The position numbers were made by a program, and so were the translations under genes. The notes below the pieces were generated by a model. That model had not been told where the DNA came from. It saw only the letters and a program-made list of their open reading frames with translations, and made no database searches. Shown here piece after piece: positions 1 to 12,484 of a DNA stretch of 64,000 nucleotides. Origin of the DNA: Podarcis melisellensis (Eukaryota); NCBI GenBank assembly GCA_964234715.1, contig OZ174283.1. One strand, 5' to 3'. How positions within the stretch are numbered: position 1 is the first letter of the stretch; every line of letters starts with the position of its first letter.

Positions 1-158
1 GGCAGGATAGTGGTGAGGTTGGAGCCAATCTGACACTCCCACCTATGTGCTTCTGCAGCTCCACCTCAATACTGCCCTGACCCAGCACTGCTCAGGTGAG
101 TTGCGGAGACACAGGCTTGAGGAGAGCGGCTCCAAGGCTCCAGCCCACCACAAGGGCT

Positions 159-557
159 TAGAGATGGGTGAATCTGTCCATTTTAGTTTGTCTCCATTTC
201 TTATCTTTCAAGCCTTAAGTTCAGTCCTGCACATTTCCACATCAGCTTGCATTTTCCCTTTTTTATGAAAATTCATCAACATTTCAGTGTGAATTTCTCC
301 TAATATACACATTTTTGCCAAACAATTTGCTGTAATGTAATCCATTTGTGTATGTAATTTTCACAAATGTATACATCTCAATGCACACTTTGCCCTGGTA
401 TATACCTTTTTGTAAGCATTACTTGGTGGGAGAATTGCAGTGCAAAATTCAAAGGAGTGTGAATTTTGAAGGTGGGTTCGCATATTTTTGCAGAAAATGA
501 AAATGAGGTAGGTTCACCTTTAAATGTGAACTGAATCTAATTTCTCTCCCATCCCTA
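159..557. mobile_element. Non-autonomous DNA transposon (MITE) with TAGGGATGGG-type termini, probably hAT
   Basis: Starts tagagatggg and ends cccatcccta (inverted). The interior is homologous, in reverse orientation, to 45299-45828 and 54626-55404. No TSD retained here. Confidence 0.6.
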
Positions 558-1936
558 GTTCCTATACATTTTTCTTTTTTTTTACAAAACTGGCAAAGTT
601 CATGTTTTTACAGCAAAGCAGTATCTTCCCACAGCCTCCATCAAGTGACCAAAGATTTGCACAGGATGATCTGGGCAACCAAAGCTAGCAAAAAGAATTC
701 TAAATGGAATACATTTGAACATAGCTTACCTATGCAGTAAATGAAGAATAAAGGGCATTCAACAATCAGGCTGTCATGTGAAATGAGTATCTTACAGGGT
801 ACAGTGAGAAGGGTTCTGCCTGCCCGAATCTGTACAGCCATTTATAGAGTCTGTAAAAAGATTTGGTCTTAGTCTGGGGTGGTTTTTTTGTTTTTGCTGC
901 TGTTTTTTGCAGAGAGTTCTTGAAAACCCCATTTCCAAGGCAGCTTGGGTTCTGTGCTGTTTTGTCTGAAATGAGAGAGAGAGCGTGCAATGAAGAAGCA
1001 AAAACTCACAAGCCACAGTAATCTAAGGGTTATTTGCTAAAACATCGTAATGAGAACGAAACCGTATCTGCTTCCTTCTGTCTTCTGCTGGCAAGATTGT
1101 GGTACACATGGCATACAGTACTTTGCACTTTATGGCTACTTCGCTTTATTATGGAAGAGAAATGTCAAACATCTTTATCTAATTGATTATATTGTACATT
1201 CTCCAGGTTTTACTGATGACTGCCCCTTTATCATGTTATTTAGCCAAGGAAAAGGAAAAGGAAAAGGAAAAGGGGGGTGGGGGGAGATACCGTCCATACC
1301 TCTAGTCTTCTTATTAGTTTTGTAATGTCATGTTACTTGTTAGTAGAATTACCATAGGCTGTATCCAGATGTTTTGGTAACCAAAGCACTGAGAAGGTAA
1401 TGATCCCACTCTGCAGCCTTCATGTTCCTCCTAATTAATTTGAATCATTTCCCATGGTAAACATCAGCTTTTATTTTACTGGCAGGCTGGGTTTAGAGTA
1501 ACTTAAAACCATGGGCATGTGCCCAGTTTTCTATTCAGTTTGGCCATATGGCCAAATTCTGCACTTGATTGCACTGCCATTATTATCAAGGGGAAAAAAA
1601 TCTTAATTATGGAGGAAAAAAGATAAAGCACTGCAGCAGACTTTATGGTAGCTTAAGTATTTAGAAAATGGGCACAGCTACAACAGATCGAAATAATTTA
1701 AATGGAAGCTTAGCTTTGTTTAAACTAAAGGCTGGACCCTAGGCCAAAAACGCAGAGCCTATGCTGTTTTGCCTTTTCCCCTGAAATGATAGTACTGCAA
1801 AATGGGATAAAATCCAGTTACAAAATGCCCTAATTAGGGAAGAGCAGAGGCTGGGGAACGCTTCAGAGGTGCTGGAAGAAGATACTTGGCTGTACTACTC
1901 ATAATGTGGATGCCTGATTGTACTTTAAACACAATA

Positions 1937-2150
1937 GCTACTAGCCTTGATGGCTATGCTTTTCCTCCATTGTTGGAGGCAGTATGCAGCTGAAAACCAT
2001 TTGCTGGAAACCACAGGAGGGGAGAACATTGTTTCGCTCAGGTCCTGCTTGCAGGCTTCCCATAAGCATCTGGTTGGTCACTGTGAGAACAGAATGCTGG
2101 ACTAGAAGGATCTTTGGCGTGATCCAGTGGGGTTTTTAAATTTTCTTATG
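1937..2150 (+). mobile_element. CR1 LINE 3' UTR fragment
   Basis: ggtcctgcttgcaggcttccc...gcatctggttggtcactgtgagaacagaatgctggactaga...ttcttatg. The same tail follows CR1 ORF2 coding sequence at 54295-54552. Confidence 0.75.
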
Positions 2151-2425
2151 ATGGCTGTGAGTTCGCTGTAGCAACTTCTGTTGAAAAATATATGGAACAA
2201 GTGAATTGTAAATCAGATCCTGTTGTTTTCAGTGGGACTTAAAAGACTTTACATGTCTACTCAGACAGAAGTCCTATTGGGGTTTACCACCAGGTGAGTG
2301 AGATTAGTAGTGCAGTTTAGTTATGATAACCTCTAGCTGGAATCGCATTTGTAACTCATTTATGTAGTGAGATGCTTTTTTTCCACAGTTCACAGAGGCA
2401 ACATTTTCACTACATTATCAAGAGA

Positions 2426-2630
2426 GTTGACTGACTCTGGGGTTGCGGAGCTCATCTCGCTTTATTGGCCGAGGGAGCCGATGTTTGTCCACAGACGGCT
2501 TCCGGGTCATGTGGCCAGCATGACTAAGCTGCTTCTGGCGAACCAGAGCAGCACGCGGAAATGCCGTTTACCTTCCCGCCGAAGTGGTACCTATTTATCT
2601 ACTCAGTGGTTTAGACCACAGTGCTATCCA
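2426..2630 (-). mobile_element. Sauria SINE, internally deleted
   Basis: Matches the full copies at 3075 and 56898. It jumps from tatttatctact directly to cagtggtttagaccacag, so roughly 120 nt are missing. Confidence 0.9.
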
Positions 2631-3074
2631 TTTCTTTTATCAATTTCATGCAAGAAAGCAAGTTGAATTTCCAGCATGATCACCTAGTCTTATTGCAAAG
2701 ACAAAACCAGAAAGGAGATCTGATTCAGTCTACTAAGACACATTCCTGCCAAATTTGGTAAAGAAATCATCCAGTTACACACACTAAATATATTGGCCCC
2801 ATGCCTGGGAGTTTGGTGTTGAAGAGGCCACTTATTTAGCCCATGCAAAACTCATATTTGAATTGCATAAAGGAAAATGTTCTTGTCAGTTGTTACTCCT
2901 AATTTTCTGGGGCTCCATGTCTCCATCCACATTGTTTATGCTTGTGAAAGTGGTAGGTATATAACAGAAATTCTGAGAAGGAATATATAAATTTCAAAAT
3001 ATCCAGATATTTATTACTTGATTTTCCCCAGTAACCTGAATAATCTTGAACACACAATTAGATTAGTTGGCTTA

Positions 3075-3418
3075 GGTAAAGGTAAAGGGACCCCTGACCA
3101 TTAGGTCCAGTTGTGGCCGACTCTAGGGTTGTGGCGCTCATCTCACTTTATTGGCTGAGGGAGCCGGTGTACAGCTTCCGGGTCAAGTGGCCAGCATGAC
3201 TAAGCCACTTCTGGCGAACCAGAGCAGTGCACGGAAACGCCGTTTACCTTCCTGCCAGAGCGGTACCTATTTATCTACTTGCACTTTGACGTGCTTTTGA
3301 ACTGCTAGGTTGGCAGGAGCAGGGACCAAGCAACGGGAGCTCACCCCGTCGCAGGGATTCGAACCGCCAACCTTCTGATTGGCAAGTTTAACCCACAGCG
3401 CCACTCATGGTCCTTAAA
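3075..3418 (-). mobile_element. Sauria SINE (near full length)
   Basis: (ggtaaa)n tail, tRNA-like head with ggattcgaacc B box. 13-bp TSD attagttggctta at 3062-3074 and 3419-3431. Confidence 0.95.
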
Positions 3419-3645
3419 ATTAGTTGGCTTATGTTCATACAATTGTGGAGTTGGCCTCTTGTCTTTAATCTCAGGAAGCAAAATGCTTTGGGCCAGCCCT
3501 GCAAAACTGCTGGAAATGTTGGTCCATATTCTAGGTAATCTGAAAAATGAAGTAATTTTTTATCTGGTAACTGCCCATTCAGTAAAAATAAAACCCAAGA
3601 AACACAACTTTCCATTACTTAAGCGAAGTGCTTCTGAGTTATTTA

Positions 3646-3733
3646 CAGTCAAATCCTATACATGTCTTCTAAAAAAAATAAGTCACATTGAGTTCAGCGG
3701 GGTTTACTCCCAGGAAATTGGGTATAGGATTGG
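3646..3733. repeat. Short (~90 bp) old palindromic interspersed repeat; further degenerate copies near 2250, 7647, 7950, 16520, 24080, 28940, 36545, 56720
   Basis: Recurrent motif aatcctatacatgtctactcagaagtaagtcccattgagttcaatggggcttactcccagg...ataggattgcag, with self-complementary ends (aatcctatac / gtataggatt). Confidence 0.6.
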
Positions 3734-4980
3734 AAAATTATACGTGCAACATGGGAGCCTTCAAAAGCCTCCCACCATGGAACAGATGAATAAGTAGTAT
3801 AATCTTGTAAAGTGATTGGCTCTGTGACAGAAATGGAAGCAATGGTTCTGGCAAAATGCAATTCATAAAAATTAAACTCTTGAATGTCAAAGTTTGAAAT
3901 TATGATGAAGTTGGATTGGGTCTTAATTTGGGGAAATTCCATTAGCGCAAAAAAAGGGGGACATTAATAGATGGCCAAAGCCAGTAATAAAAAGCAGTAT
4001 GTATCAGTCCAAAAGGGAGCTAAACAATTTTACTGAAACGAATGAAAGCCAAAAAGAGTGCCAATGAAGGGATTTATGAAGTTAGGAAAGGAAGATTAGA
4101 AGCAGATTGATTTGTGGTTTCCTGGTGTTGTAATCACAGTGTCTTCTTAAGCTATTGCGCCAATATTAAGCAGAGGATATAAATTCATGTTGGCCTCCAA
4201 GAAGGAAAAAGCTGAGCACAATTAAGCCCATTTGAAATCAGTGGGTTGGATCTTTTCAGCTTAGCCATGCTTCAAATAGACCCTCTGAAATCAACAGGAC
4301 TTAAATCAATCCAAGCATGTCTAAATCTAGATTCAACCCAGTGGGTTTTCTGTTGACATCCTGTTTCTGTCTTGCGGACTTTCTGTCACCTCCTCTTTCT
4401 CTTTTGAATTGACAACAATTTATCACCATCCAAACTCCCACCATACTCTCAATTTTTTTCATACTGTGAAGGGCATACCCTTTTGTTCTCATTTTGAAGC
4501 GATTGCATTTCCTCCTACGACTTATTCAAAGGTTTTATACCTTTATTATTATTTCCCTCTCAGATATTTTCAAATAGTGCATCAAAAGTAGGAACTGCAA
4601 GAAAATGTAGCCTAGCTTGTTCTGGCTGGCTAGTCATGCCCTTTCCAAGGACAAACCATTCCATTTCCCACTAGTTTTCCTAAGAGTTCCCCATAAGGTT
4701 TTGTTTTGTGAGAGCTTTTTAAATACTTTAATAAATCTTAAAGTCCCTTTGTGCACGCTGATGCCTTCCTCTTGTTTCTTGGTGTCATTCTTTTGCCTCC
4801 ATTCCCATTGGCACTCATCATCTGAGTTCACTATTAGTACTTTCTTCTCTGAAGACACTTCCTACAGTTCCTGTGGATGCTGTGTGTATGCAATCCCATG
4901 AAGTCACAGCTCCTTGAATGCACTCAGTTCTGTGGGATATGTACAGAGAACCCCCACTTTGATCCATGCTTAGACGTAAC

Positions 4981-5275
4981 ATACATTTAAAGCACATGGC
5001 TTTCCCCAAAGAATCCTGGGAGCTGTACAGTGGTACCTTGGGTTAAGTACTTAATTCATTCCGGAGGTCCATTCTTATCCTGAAACTGTTCTTAACCTGA
5101 AGCACCACTTTAGCTAATGGGACCTCCTGCAGCTGCCGCACCGCTGGAGCACTATTTCTGGGTTAGCCAAGTCTGTAACCTGAAGCGTATGTAACCTGAA
5201 GTGTATGTAACCCGAGGTACCACTGTAGTGTGTTACAGGGGCTGGGAATTGTTGCTATGTGAAGGGTAAACTACT
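4981..5275. repeat. Older interspersed repeat (ccaaagaatcctgggaactgtagtttgttaagggtg family) split by a MITE
   Basis: Removing 5028-5225 and one TA restores a sequence matching uninterrupted copies at ~44895-44960 and ~18265-18420. Confidence 0.7.
5028..5225. mobile_element. Tc1/mariner (Tigger/pogo-like) MITE
   Basis: TIRs cagtggtaccttgggtta / taacccgaggtaccactg, TA TSD on both sides, internal taacctgaa repeats. Same family as 19454 and 57539, opposite orientation. Confidence 0.92.
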
Positions 5276-5332
5276 GCGAGTTTATTTACTTATTGAATTA
5301 CTTATAACCCACACTTTTCATTAAATATCATA

Positions 5333-6570
5333 CAGTGGTGCCCTGCAAGACGAATGCCTCGCAAGACGAAAAACCCGCAAGACGAAAGGGTTTTTCGGTT
5401 TTTGCATCGCTTCGCTAGACAATTTTCCATATGGGCTTGCTTCGCAAGAAGAAAGCCCATAGGGAAATCTCCGGGGACCTCTTTTAAATGCTGGCGGTGG
5501 GGAGCAAAGCCTTTTCCCCCCCTCCGGCCTTCAGAAGAGGTCCAGGAAGGCCGGCGGGGGCCGAAAGGCTTTGCTCTCCACCGCCAGCATTTTAAAAGCG
5601 GTCCGGGATAGCAGGGAAGCGCTTCCCGCTATCCCGGACGGCTTTTGAAGGCAGGCGGGGGGGGAGCAAAGATGTTCGCCCCCTGCCGGCCTTCAGAAGA
5701 GGTCCTGGACCTCTTCTGAAGGCCGGCGAGGGGCGAAAGTCTTTGCTCCCCCCTGCCTGCCTTCCCGGGAGAGCGGAAAAACGCGCTGCGATTCTCCGCT
5801 CTCCCCGACGGCTTTTGAAGGCAGGCGGGGGGAGCAAAGACTTTTGCCCCCCGCCAGCCTTCAGAAGAGGTCCAGGACCTCTTCCGAAGGCGGGCGGGGG
5901 GCAAAAGTCTTTGTCCCCCCTGCCTGCCTTCCCGGGGGCTTTTAAATCGCCCCGGGACTGTCCCTGGGCGATTTAAAAGCCCCCAGACGGCTTTTGAAGG
6001 CAGGCGGGGGGGAGCAAAGACTTTCGCCCCATGCCGGCCTTCAGAAGAGGTCCTCGACCTCTTCTGAAGGCCGGCGGGGGGCAAAAGTCTTTGTCCCCCC
6101 TGCCTGCCTTCCCGGGGGCTTTTAAATCGCCCCGGGACAGCGGAGAATGTCCCGGGTTTTTTTAAAATGCTGGCGGGCGGCAGCGAAGGCTTCGCTGCCG
6201 CCGCCAGCATTCTAAAAAACCCCGGGACAGCGGAGGCTGTCCGGGGCGATCTTAAAATGCTGGCGGATGGCAGTGCTGCCGCCCGCCAACACTTTAAAAT
6301 CGCCCCGGGACAGCGGAGAAGTCCTCTGCTGTCCCGGGGTTTTTTTAAAATGCTGGGGGTGGGAAGAAAAGCCCTTGTCCACCACCCCCAGCCTTCAGAA
6401 GAGGTCGGGGGACAGACTGTCCCCGGACCTGGTCTGAAGGCGGTTTCCATAGGAACGCATTGATTGATTTTCAATGCATTCCTATGGGAAACCGTGCTTC
6501 GCAAGACGAAAAACTCGCAAGACGAAAGAACTTGCGGAACGAATTAATTTCGTCTTGTGAGGCACCACTG
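5333..6570. mobile_element. 1.24-kb GC-rich non-autonomous Tc1/mariner (Tigger/pogo-like) element
   Basis: 22-bp imperfect TIRs cagtggtgccctgcaagacgaa / ttcgtcttgtgaggcaccactg, TA TSD, subterminal cgcaagacgaa repeats, interior made of tandem palindromes, no transposase. Confidence 0.9.
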
Positions 6571-6603
6571 TATGTCCAAGTGGATTACAATATTTAAAAA
6601 TAC

Positions 6604-6658
6604 ATTATTATTATTATTATTATTAATTGAATTTATATACCGCCCTATACCCGGAGGT
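6604..6658 (-). mobile_element. LINE 3'-end remnant (L2-like) with (AAT)n tail
   Basis: (att)n followed by gaatttatataccgcccta, the reverse complement of a gggcggtatataaattc-(aat)n LINE terminus. Confidence 0.45.
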
Positions 6659-9172
6659 ATAAATATCCGTAGAACACAATTAAAACATCCACAAAACCTT
6701 AGTAGATACTGGATGGTTAAGAAGAAAAAATACATGGGAGGTATTAATATGACATGTGCCCTTACATAATGGACATTGTTGGAACTCAGTGAACATTAAA
6801 TGGGAACATTGTGTCTTCTGCGTCTAGTTCATGAAGCCACATAAAGGTAAAGACTTGTGTATGTTACAACACTGAGTTTCCATAGAGTCGTTTCTCAGGC
6901 AGATCTGGTTATTGTAAATTGTGTGGCATATTTGGCTGTGGATCATAATTTTATCGTGTTCGTAGTCTTGACAAAATAATAGGATAAGTTTCTTTTTGTT
7001 TTCTTCGGATTGGAAAAAAGCACTACATTTTATACTCACAATGAAACTAATTCCTTGCAGGTTCCAATTACAGTTGCTTTGATTGCAATCAATGAGATTA
7101 GTTACCATAGTTACAACAGCTGGCTGTATGGCCTTGTGAGGTCAAGGCAGCACTAGAGAAGGTTGATATGATTAGCATCTTACAAAGGTATCAGACTCCT
7201 TTTCTAACAAGGTTTTGAGAACTTAAAGAAAAATCTCTGAGGAATAATTGCTCTCTTTGCTTGCTTTTCTTCTTGTGGAAGCTGGATTTTAAAATTTTAA
7301 GGCTGCTCTCTCCCCAAATAAAGTTTTGTTTTGTTTTGTTTTGTTTGTTTACAAAGTAGAAATTACAGGAGGAATATTAGTGTGTACTGTACTGGTTTTT
7401 TCCATTTCTTTTTGGATAAAATCAGGGTTGCTTGGTTTCCATTTCCCAGGGCTGTTTTCATGGTAACTAAATAAACGTGTTGCTCTTGGATGTTGAGAAT
7501 CTAGGTTCTAATATTAGCTTGGCTCTGGGGATGGTTTTCACCAAAATACTGGACACACCATGTCACCTTCACACCACATGTTATGAGAAAATTCAGGTCA
7601 ACCTTATAGGGCTGTTGTGTAGATAACAGACATATTACCAACAGGGCAAGCTTATACATATCTGCTCAGAAGTAAGCTTTATCAAGGTCAAAGGGGCTTA
7701 CTCCCAGGCAAGTCAGTATAGGATTGCAGCCCAAGGCCACCTAGGCAGAAAATAAATCCCATGGAAGCAAGGGACTTAGTTTTGAGTAAATATATATAGA
7801 TGGTTTCACAGGGACAGTTTCTACCTTCACGTATGAAGGCAATAGATATGTCAGGAAGGAAGAGATGTCCATGTGGCTTTTATGAGTTACACTGAACCAA
7901 AATGGCTGTCATATAACCAATAGCAATTTCTAATGAGAGATGCTCATTCTACAGTGCAATGCTACGCATGTCTACTGAGAAGTTAGCCCTATTGAGTTTG
8001 AAGGGACTGGTTACTAGCTAAGTGGGAGTCTTAATGTGATCCGTAGACTGTTTAGGATCCTTTGGCCAACTGGATTCTAATGATTACACTGGGGGGCTTA
8101 CCTCTTCCTCCTCATGTCAGCAGGAACAGGACTCACGTGTGCCAAAGGACACACAACTTGATGATGGCAATCTGTGTAGTCAACGGCTCTAAACATTATG
8201 GTCTGGACATAGGTCAATATCCAGAAGGAACTGGGATCGTTGGCACTCATACAACATAATATTTGCACCAGTCATTAGTGACTGTGAATGTGAAACTGGA
8301 AGATATTAGATACATCTGATTCATTAACGTGGAACACAAGTATGTAGGTGCACCCTAAAATAAGAGTGTCTATTCTGACGGCCTCTAGATAGCAGTACCT
8401 CGTAGAGATGGGGGATTGATAGATTTCTTCAGCCCTCATTATCTAAAACTCCAATCACCCATAACTCGAAGCCAAATTCACAAATGTGAATCTCATGTAG
8501 CAATATACAATGTAACCTTGAGTAAATAAAAACCTCCATTCCTGATAAACCAAATGTTTTGGTTCTCCTCCAGACCACTTGGACGGATCAAACTGTAATA
8601 TTTGTTTCTAGGAAACAAAGGCAGAGGTGGTAAATTACTTCTAAAGTTCAGACCCTCTGGGGTTTAGAGTGCTATATTGTGGAGATCAATCTGTCTCTGG
8701 TAACAAACCTAACTTCAAATAAAAGTACACATACTTAGCTCACCATGGAATTCTATCTTGGAACCAAATGCCATGAATCTTCATGGGAACATCATAGGAC
8801 AAAAATGTGTGTGGGGGGGGGGATGACCCGAAGGTTTTCCCATGTAAGCCCCATCAGAATGCATGAGGGCTGCACAAGGCGAAAGCTTTCATAGGAAAAT
8901 GTCCTACTGGATTGTGCCTTGTACTTCCCACACAATCATTTCCAGCCCACTTAGGGGGGAGGGAATATCACCAGAATGATTTCCCTTGATGAATTGTATC
9001 CCTTTGGGCATACATGCCAGAATACAATTCTTGCTTTCCAAATGCCTCCTATTAACACTGAAGCAAAGTATGAACTGATTATGGAACAACATTGACTGAA
9101 CATCACAATTCATGCATTTTCTATCCAAGACAATCAGAAGTATCAGAAATAGGGATGAGCAAATATATGATT

Positions 9173-9372
9173 NNNNNNNNNNNNNNNNNNNNNNNNNNNN
9201 NNNNNNNNNNNNNNNNNNNNNNNNNNNNNNNNNNNNNNNNNNNNNNNNNNNNNNNNNNNNNNNNNNNNNNNNNNNNNNNNNNNNNNNNNNNNNNNNNNNN
9301 NNNNNNNNNNNNNNNNNNNNNNNNNNNNNNNNNNNNNNNNNNNNNNNNNNNNNNNNNNNNNNNNNNNNNNNN
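9173..9372. other. Assembly gap (200 N)
   Basis: N run. Confidence 1.
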
Positions 9373-9939
9373 GTTTGCTGTCACTGGATTTAGAGCCAGC
9401 TAAATTTGCAGTTAAGTAGAGAAGAAGATATGGATTTGCAGAAGCTATGTGTCAGCCTGTGGGGCATCACTGCTGGGCAAAGTGAGGCAGCTATCTCAGG
9501 AGGTGGGCAACAAGGAGTAGTGCAGTTGTAATGGAAGACAGAGTTGTGTGTGCCATTCAGCCTGCATATCATCCACTAAGCTAGCCTGCTGTCCTTAGTT
9601 ACAGTGGAGGATACTGACCTGTCACCAATGTAGAAGTTAAATTCACCTGCCAGTCCAGTCAGGTTCTATATGTGCCATGGGAGGGTGCAATCTTGACCTT
9701 TGCCTTGGGCCAGCGCTAGCCATGCACCCTGCATTTACAGAGTCTGCCTTGATCTCCCTTCAGTAACTGTATACCTTATTTAATTTTTTTATCCATACCT
9801 AAATATGGAAGAGCTATTTCACTGGACAGTTTATCTGCAAGACCTTTAGATGGCAGATTTTCTAGAGTTCCTTTTAAAGATAAATGTTTCCCTTGTCATC
9901 ATTTGGGGTTAGAAATCGTAACCTATGCATTTGTGATTA

Positions 9940-9951
9940 CCACCAGGGGGC
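9940..9951 (+). promoter_or_regulatory. Candidate CTCF site
   Basis: CCACCAGGGGGC matches the CTCF core consensus exactly and lies outside any recognised repeat. Motif match only. Confidence 0.35.
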
Positions 9952-9993
9952 TGGCGAAATGCATAATCCAACCTCTTATGCGATTGTGTAACA

Positions 9994-10110
9994 GCAGGGT
10001 TGCGGAATTGGTGCTCCTTCTTGCATTTCTGGATTTCCACTCCCATCAACTTCAGTCAGCATAGCCAATAGTCAGGGGTGAGAAGAGTTGTAGTCCGGTA
10101 GCATCTGGTC
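9994..10110. mobile_element. Short hAT-type MITE (actcccatca...gagttgtagtcc family), degraded
   Basis: Homologous to 21311-21451, 33112-33232 and 47227-47363. Confidence 0.55.
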
Positions 10111-11299
10111 TTTAAATACCCTCTTGATGTTTCCTTATATATAATGCAGAACAGGTGACAAATTTGTAAAATGCTGTTATATTTCTAAGACATGTTTTGA
10201 TTGCCAGTTCTTTGTCTGTCACCCTTTATAATCGGTTTTATTGATAGGCTGTGTTTGGTAGGTTGTGCAAGGGATTGGTTGACTATTATAAGCATGCTCG
10301 GTTAGCTATTTGTGATAAAATAGACACCTTACAAAAGACTTGAACAAAAATCTTTACTTGTCAGGTTGGCAACAGCCAAACAAGAAGTATTATTCATATA
10401 TTTCAGTGCACATACAAAATTGGCATGTTAGGCTCGGTTAGAAATCTCGTCCCTTTGTTCAGCTTGGGCTGAACTTTACCACTGCTGACCACTCAGCTTC
10501 TCTAAGGTTGCATTCAAATAAATGGTTTGAGGACTGCAGCCAGTTATGTAAGTTCCTGCCTTGTGGCTAATTACCTCTTGCATTTTGTGGGATCCAATTC
10601 AATATCTTCAATGCATCATTAGACAAGAACCCCATGATATTTAACAGGAATAACTGCTGGTGCTGCTTCTATTACTTTGTTTAGGGGAAACAGTGGACTA
10701 AACAATGTTTTTTAAGTAAGTTCGTTTTCTGAAATGTCTCATGTGTTTGTGTAAACAGACCCCCTAGAGAGGTAAAGCTCTGATTGCTCCAAGTCTACCT
10801 GTAACTCAGCATTCAAACTTTTTAAAACGTGTGCTTAATTATTTGAATCACTGCAAAGTGCTTGGATTCTTCTCATAAACACACCGTTGTATTCTGCCTA
10901 ATATATAAACACCACGACCCATGTCTGAGAATGTTGGGAATTTTATTAGCTCCATAAAGTTTCTGTTGAAGTCTACTGCCGTAAGTCCAAAATAAATAAT
11001 ACAGAGAAACCATTAGAAACAATTATTTACCCTATTCTCCCTTCTCCTCCTTTCTCCACATCCACCAAACCAGTAACTCTCCAAATAAACTTTGCCACTG
11101 TGGTTACTGAGGTCATTTATGTTTGCTATCTCAGTATTCTGTAAGCAAATGAGGCAAAGATTCAGAGCAAATCTGACGGGAATAAGTAAAGATGGAGGAA
11201 GTGAGCACTTATCTTTTTGAATGCTTAAAAAATGACACTTCCATTTTCTTGAGATGCAAATGTATTTGAATACAATTTATTGATCCTCGGTTAACAGGC

Positions 11300-11363
11300 A
11301 ACAATATGCAACAATACATTCTATAACAATACATTCTATAACAATATGCAACAATACATTCTA
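11300..11363. repeat. Short tandem repeat of aacaatacattctat / aacaatatgc units
   Basis: Directly visible repeated units. Confidence 0.85.
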
Positions 11364-11507
11364 AGCTTTCCCTGACCCATAAGATTGGACCTTTTCTTAA
11401 ACGACTGAATTTCTGCTTTATTCATTTTTTTTGTGTTTTTACATGGCTGTCTTACTGGTCTTAGGTTGTGTTTTTGTTTCAATGTTTTAAACATACATTA
11501 CTTACTT

Positions 11508-12147
11508 AAGCCGTACGACGACTTAGAGTGGGGATGATTTCATTTTACTGGCTTGCGCTGACAGAGCTATCAGAAGAGAGTGTCACTGGATTCCTCCCAC
11601 AATGTTTGAATGGACTTGTAGTGTTTATCAGTTTGTGAAAGAGTCTTTCCCGCCAGCATCGTCTGAGTGCATGTGCTTTCCTGCTCAGAAACTGAAAAGA
11701 GACCAAGACTGCTGTAATGTTTCTAGGGATTGCTCGTGCGTAAGTTGCCGCCACTCCTGGCTAGGTTACCTGGTTGAACCCCTTCTGTCGGGACAGCCTT
11801 TCACTTTGTGGCTGTCTCAGTCGCTGGCAGAATCCGTCAGTGGGCGTTTCTTGAACTTCTTCCAGCAAAGAAGTTCTTTGACGCCAAGTCTCCTCCTACT
11901 CTCCCTGCACGGAAGTCTTCTGCGCAGGGAGGGTGTGGGCAGTGGAGTATCCGTGCTCTGCCCGCTGGTCTCCGGTGAAGAGTCCTGGAGCCTCCTCTCC
12001 GATTCCCCCATCTGCCCCCCTTCTCCACTGGTGTTAGGCTGATTTCCTTCCCCAGCAGATGGGCTGCCTCTCTCCCTACTGGGACCCTCTCCGGCATCCC
12101 TCTGGAGCCTTCCCTCCGCCTCTAGCTCTGATGGCAGTTCCCTGACA
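11508..12147 (-). mobile_element. Probable solo LTR (Gypsy-like), one end undefined
   Basis: Sharp GC/CpG-rich block in AT-rich DNA. The minus strand begins TGTCAGGGAACTG (TG start), with a purine-rich 5' part and AGTAAA near the far end. No TSD or terminal CA found. Confidence 0.5.
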
Positions 12148-12445
12148 ACTGTGTACAAATTACCATTTACTCTGGCTCCAGTGGGCTCCCACTGTTAGTG
12201 TTTGAAGCTGAATAGCGATAATGTTAGCCACAATTCAAGCTGCATCCTGTAGCTTCTTGAGAAATACTGCTGATTGATATCTCCAACAAGTTCTCATCTT
12301 ATCTGAAAACGTAAGCCACGGTTAAGGTGAGGTTAACCTGCATATATATATATATATATATTTGCTTTCGTAGATTTTCACGGGTAGGAATGCAGGTTTT
12401 GGTGTCCTCGGGTGTCTTCCCGTGTAAAAGTTGGGGTGTCTAGGC

Positions 12446-12484
12446 GACGTTTCGACGAGGTCTCACTCGTCATCTTCAGGCTGG
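12446..12484 (-). ncRNA. Minimal hammerhead ribozyme motif (inverted pLTR copy)
   Basis: Exact reverse complement of the motif at 14171-14209. Confidence 0.65.

Noticed and set aside
730-850. Possible minus-strand exon (tctttttacag acceptor; gtaaga and gtaagc donors)
   Set aside because: Splice-like signals only. No recognisable peptide and no partner exons.
5640-6140. CRISPR-like repeat-spacer array
   Set aside because: Vertebrate DNA; units are ~115-bp palindromes inside TIRs, spacers are not unique, and there are no cas genes.
5629-6504. 291-aa minus-strand ORF and overlapping ORFs
   Set aside because: Open frames arise from GC-rich palindromic repeats inside a non-autonomous transposon. 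The peptide is repetitive and has no DDE/D or HTH motifs.
9092-9403. ORFs spanning N runs (also 47471-47808 and 48392-48862)
   Set aside because: Artefacts of assembly gaps.
11602-12158. Overlapping ORFs of 86-146 aa
   Set aside because: They fall within a GC-rich LTR-like block and have no gag/pol motifs.
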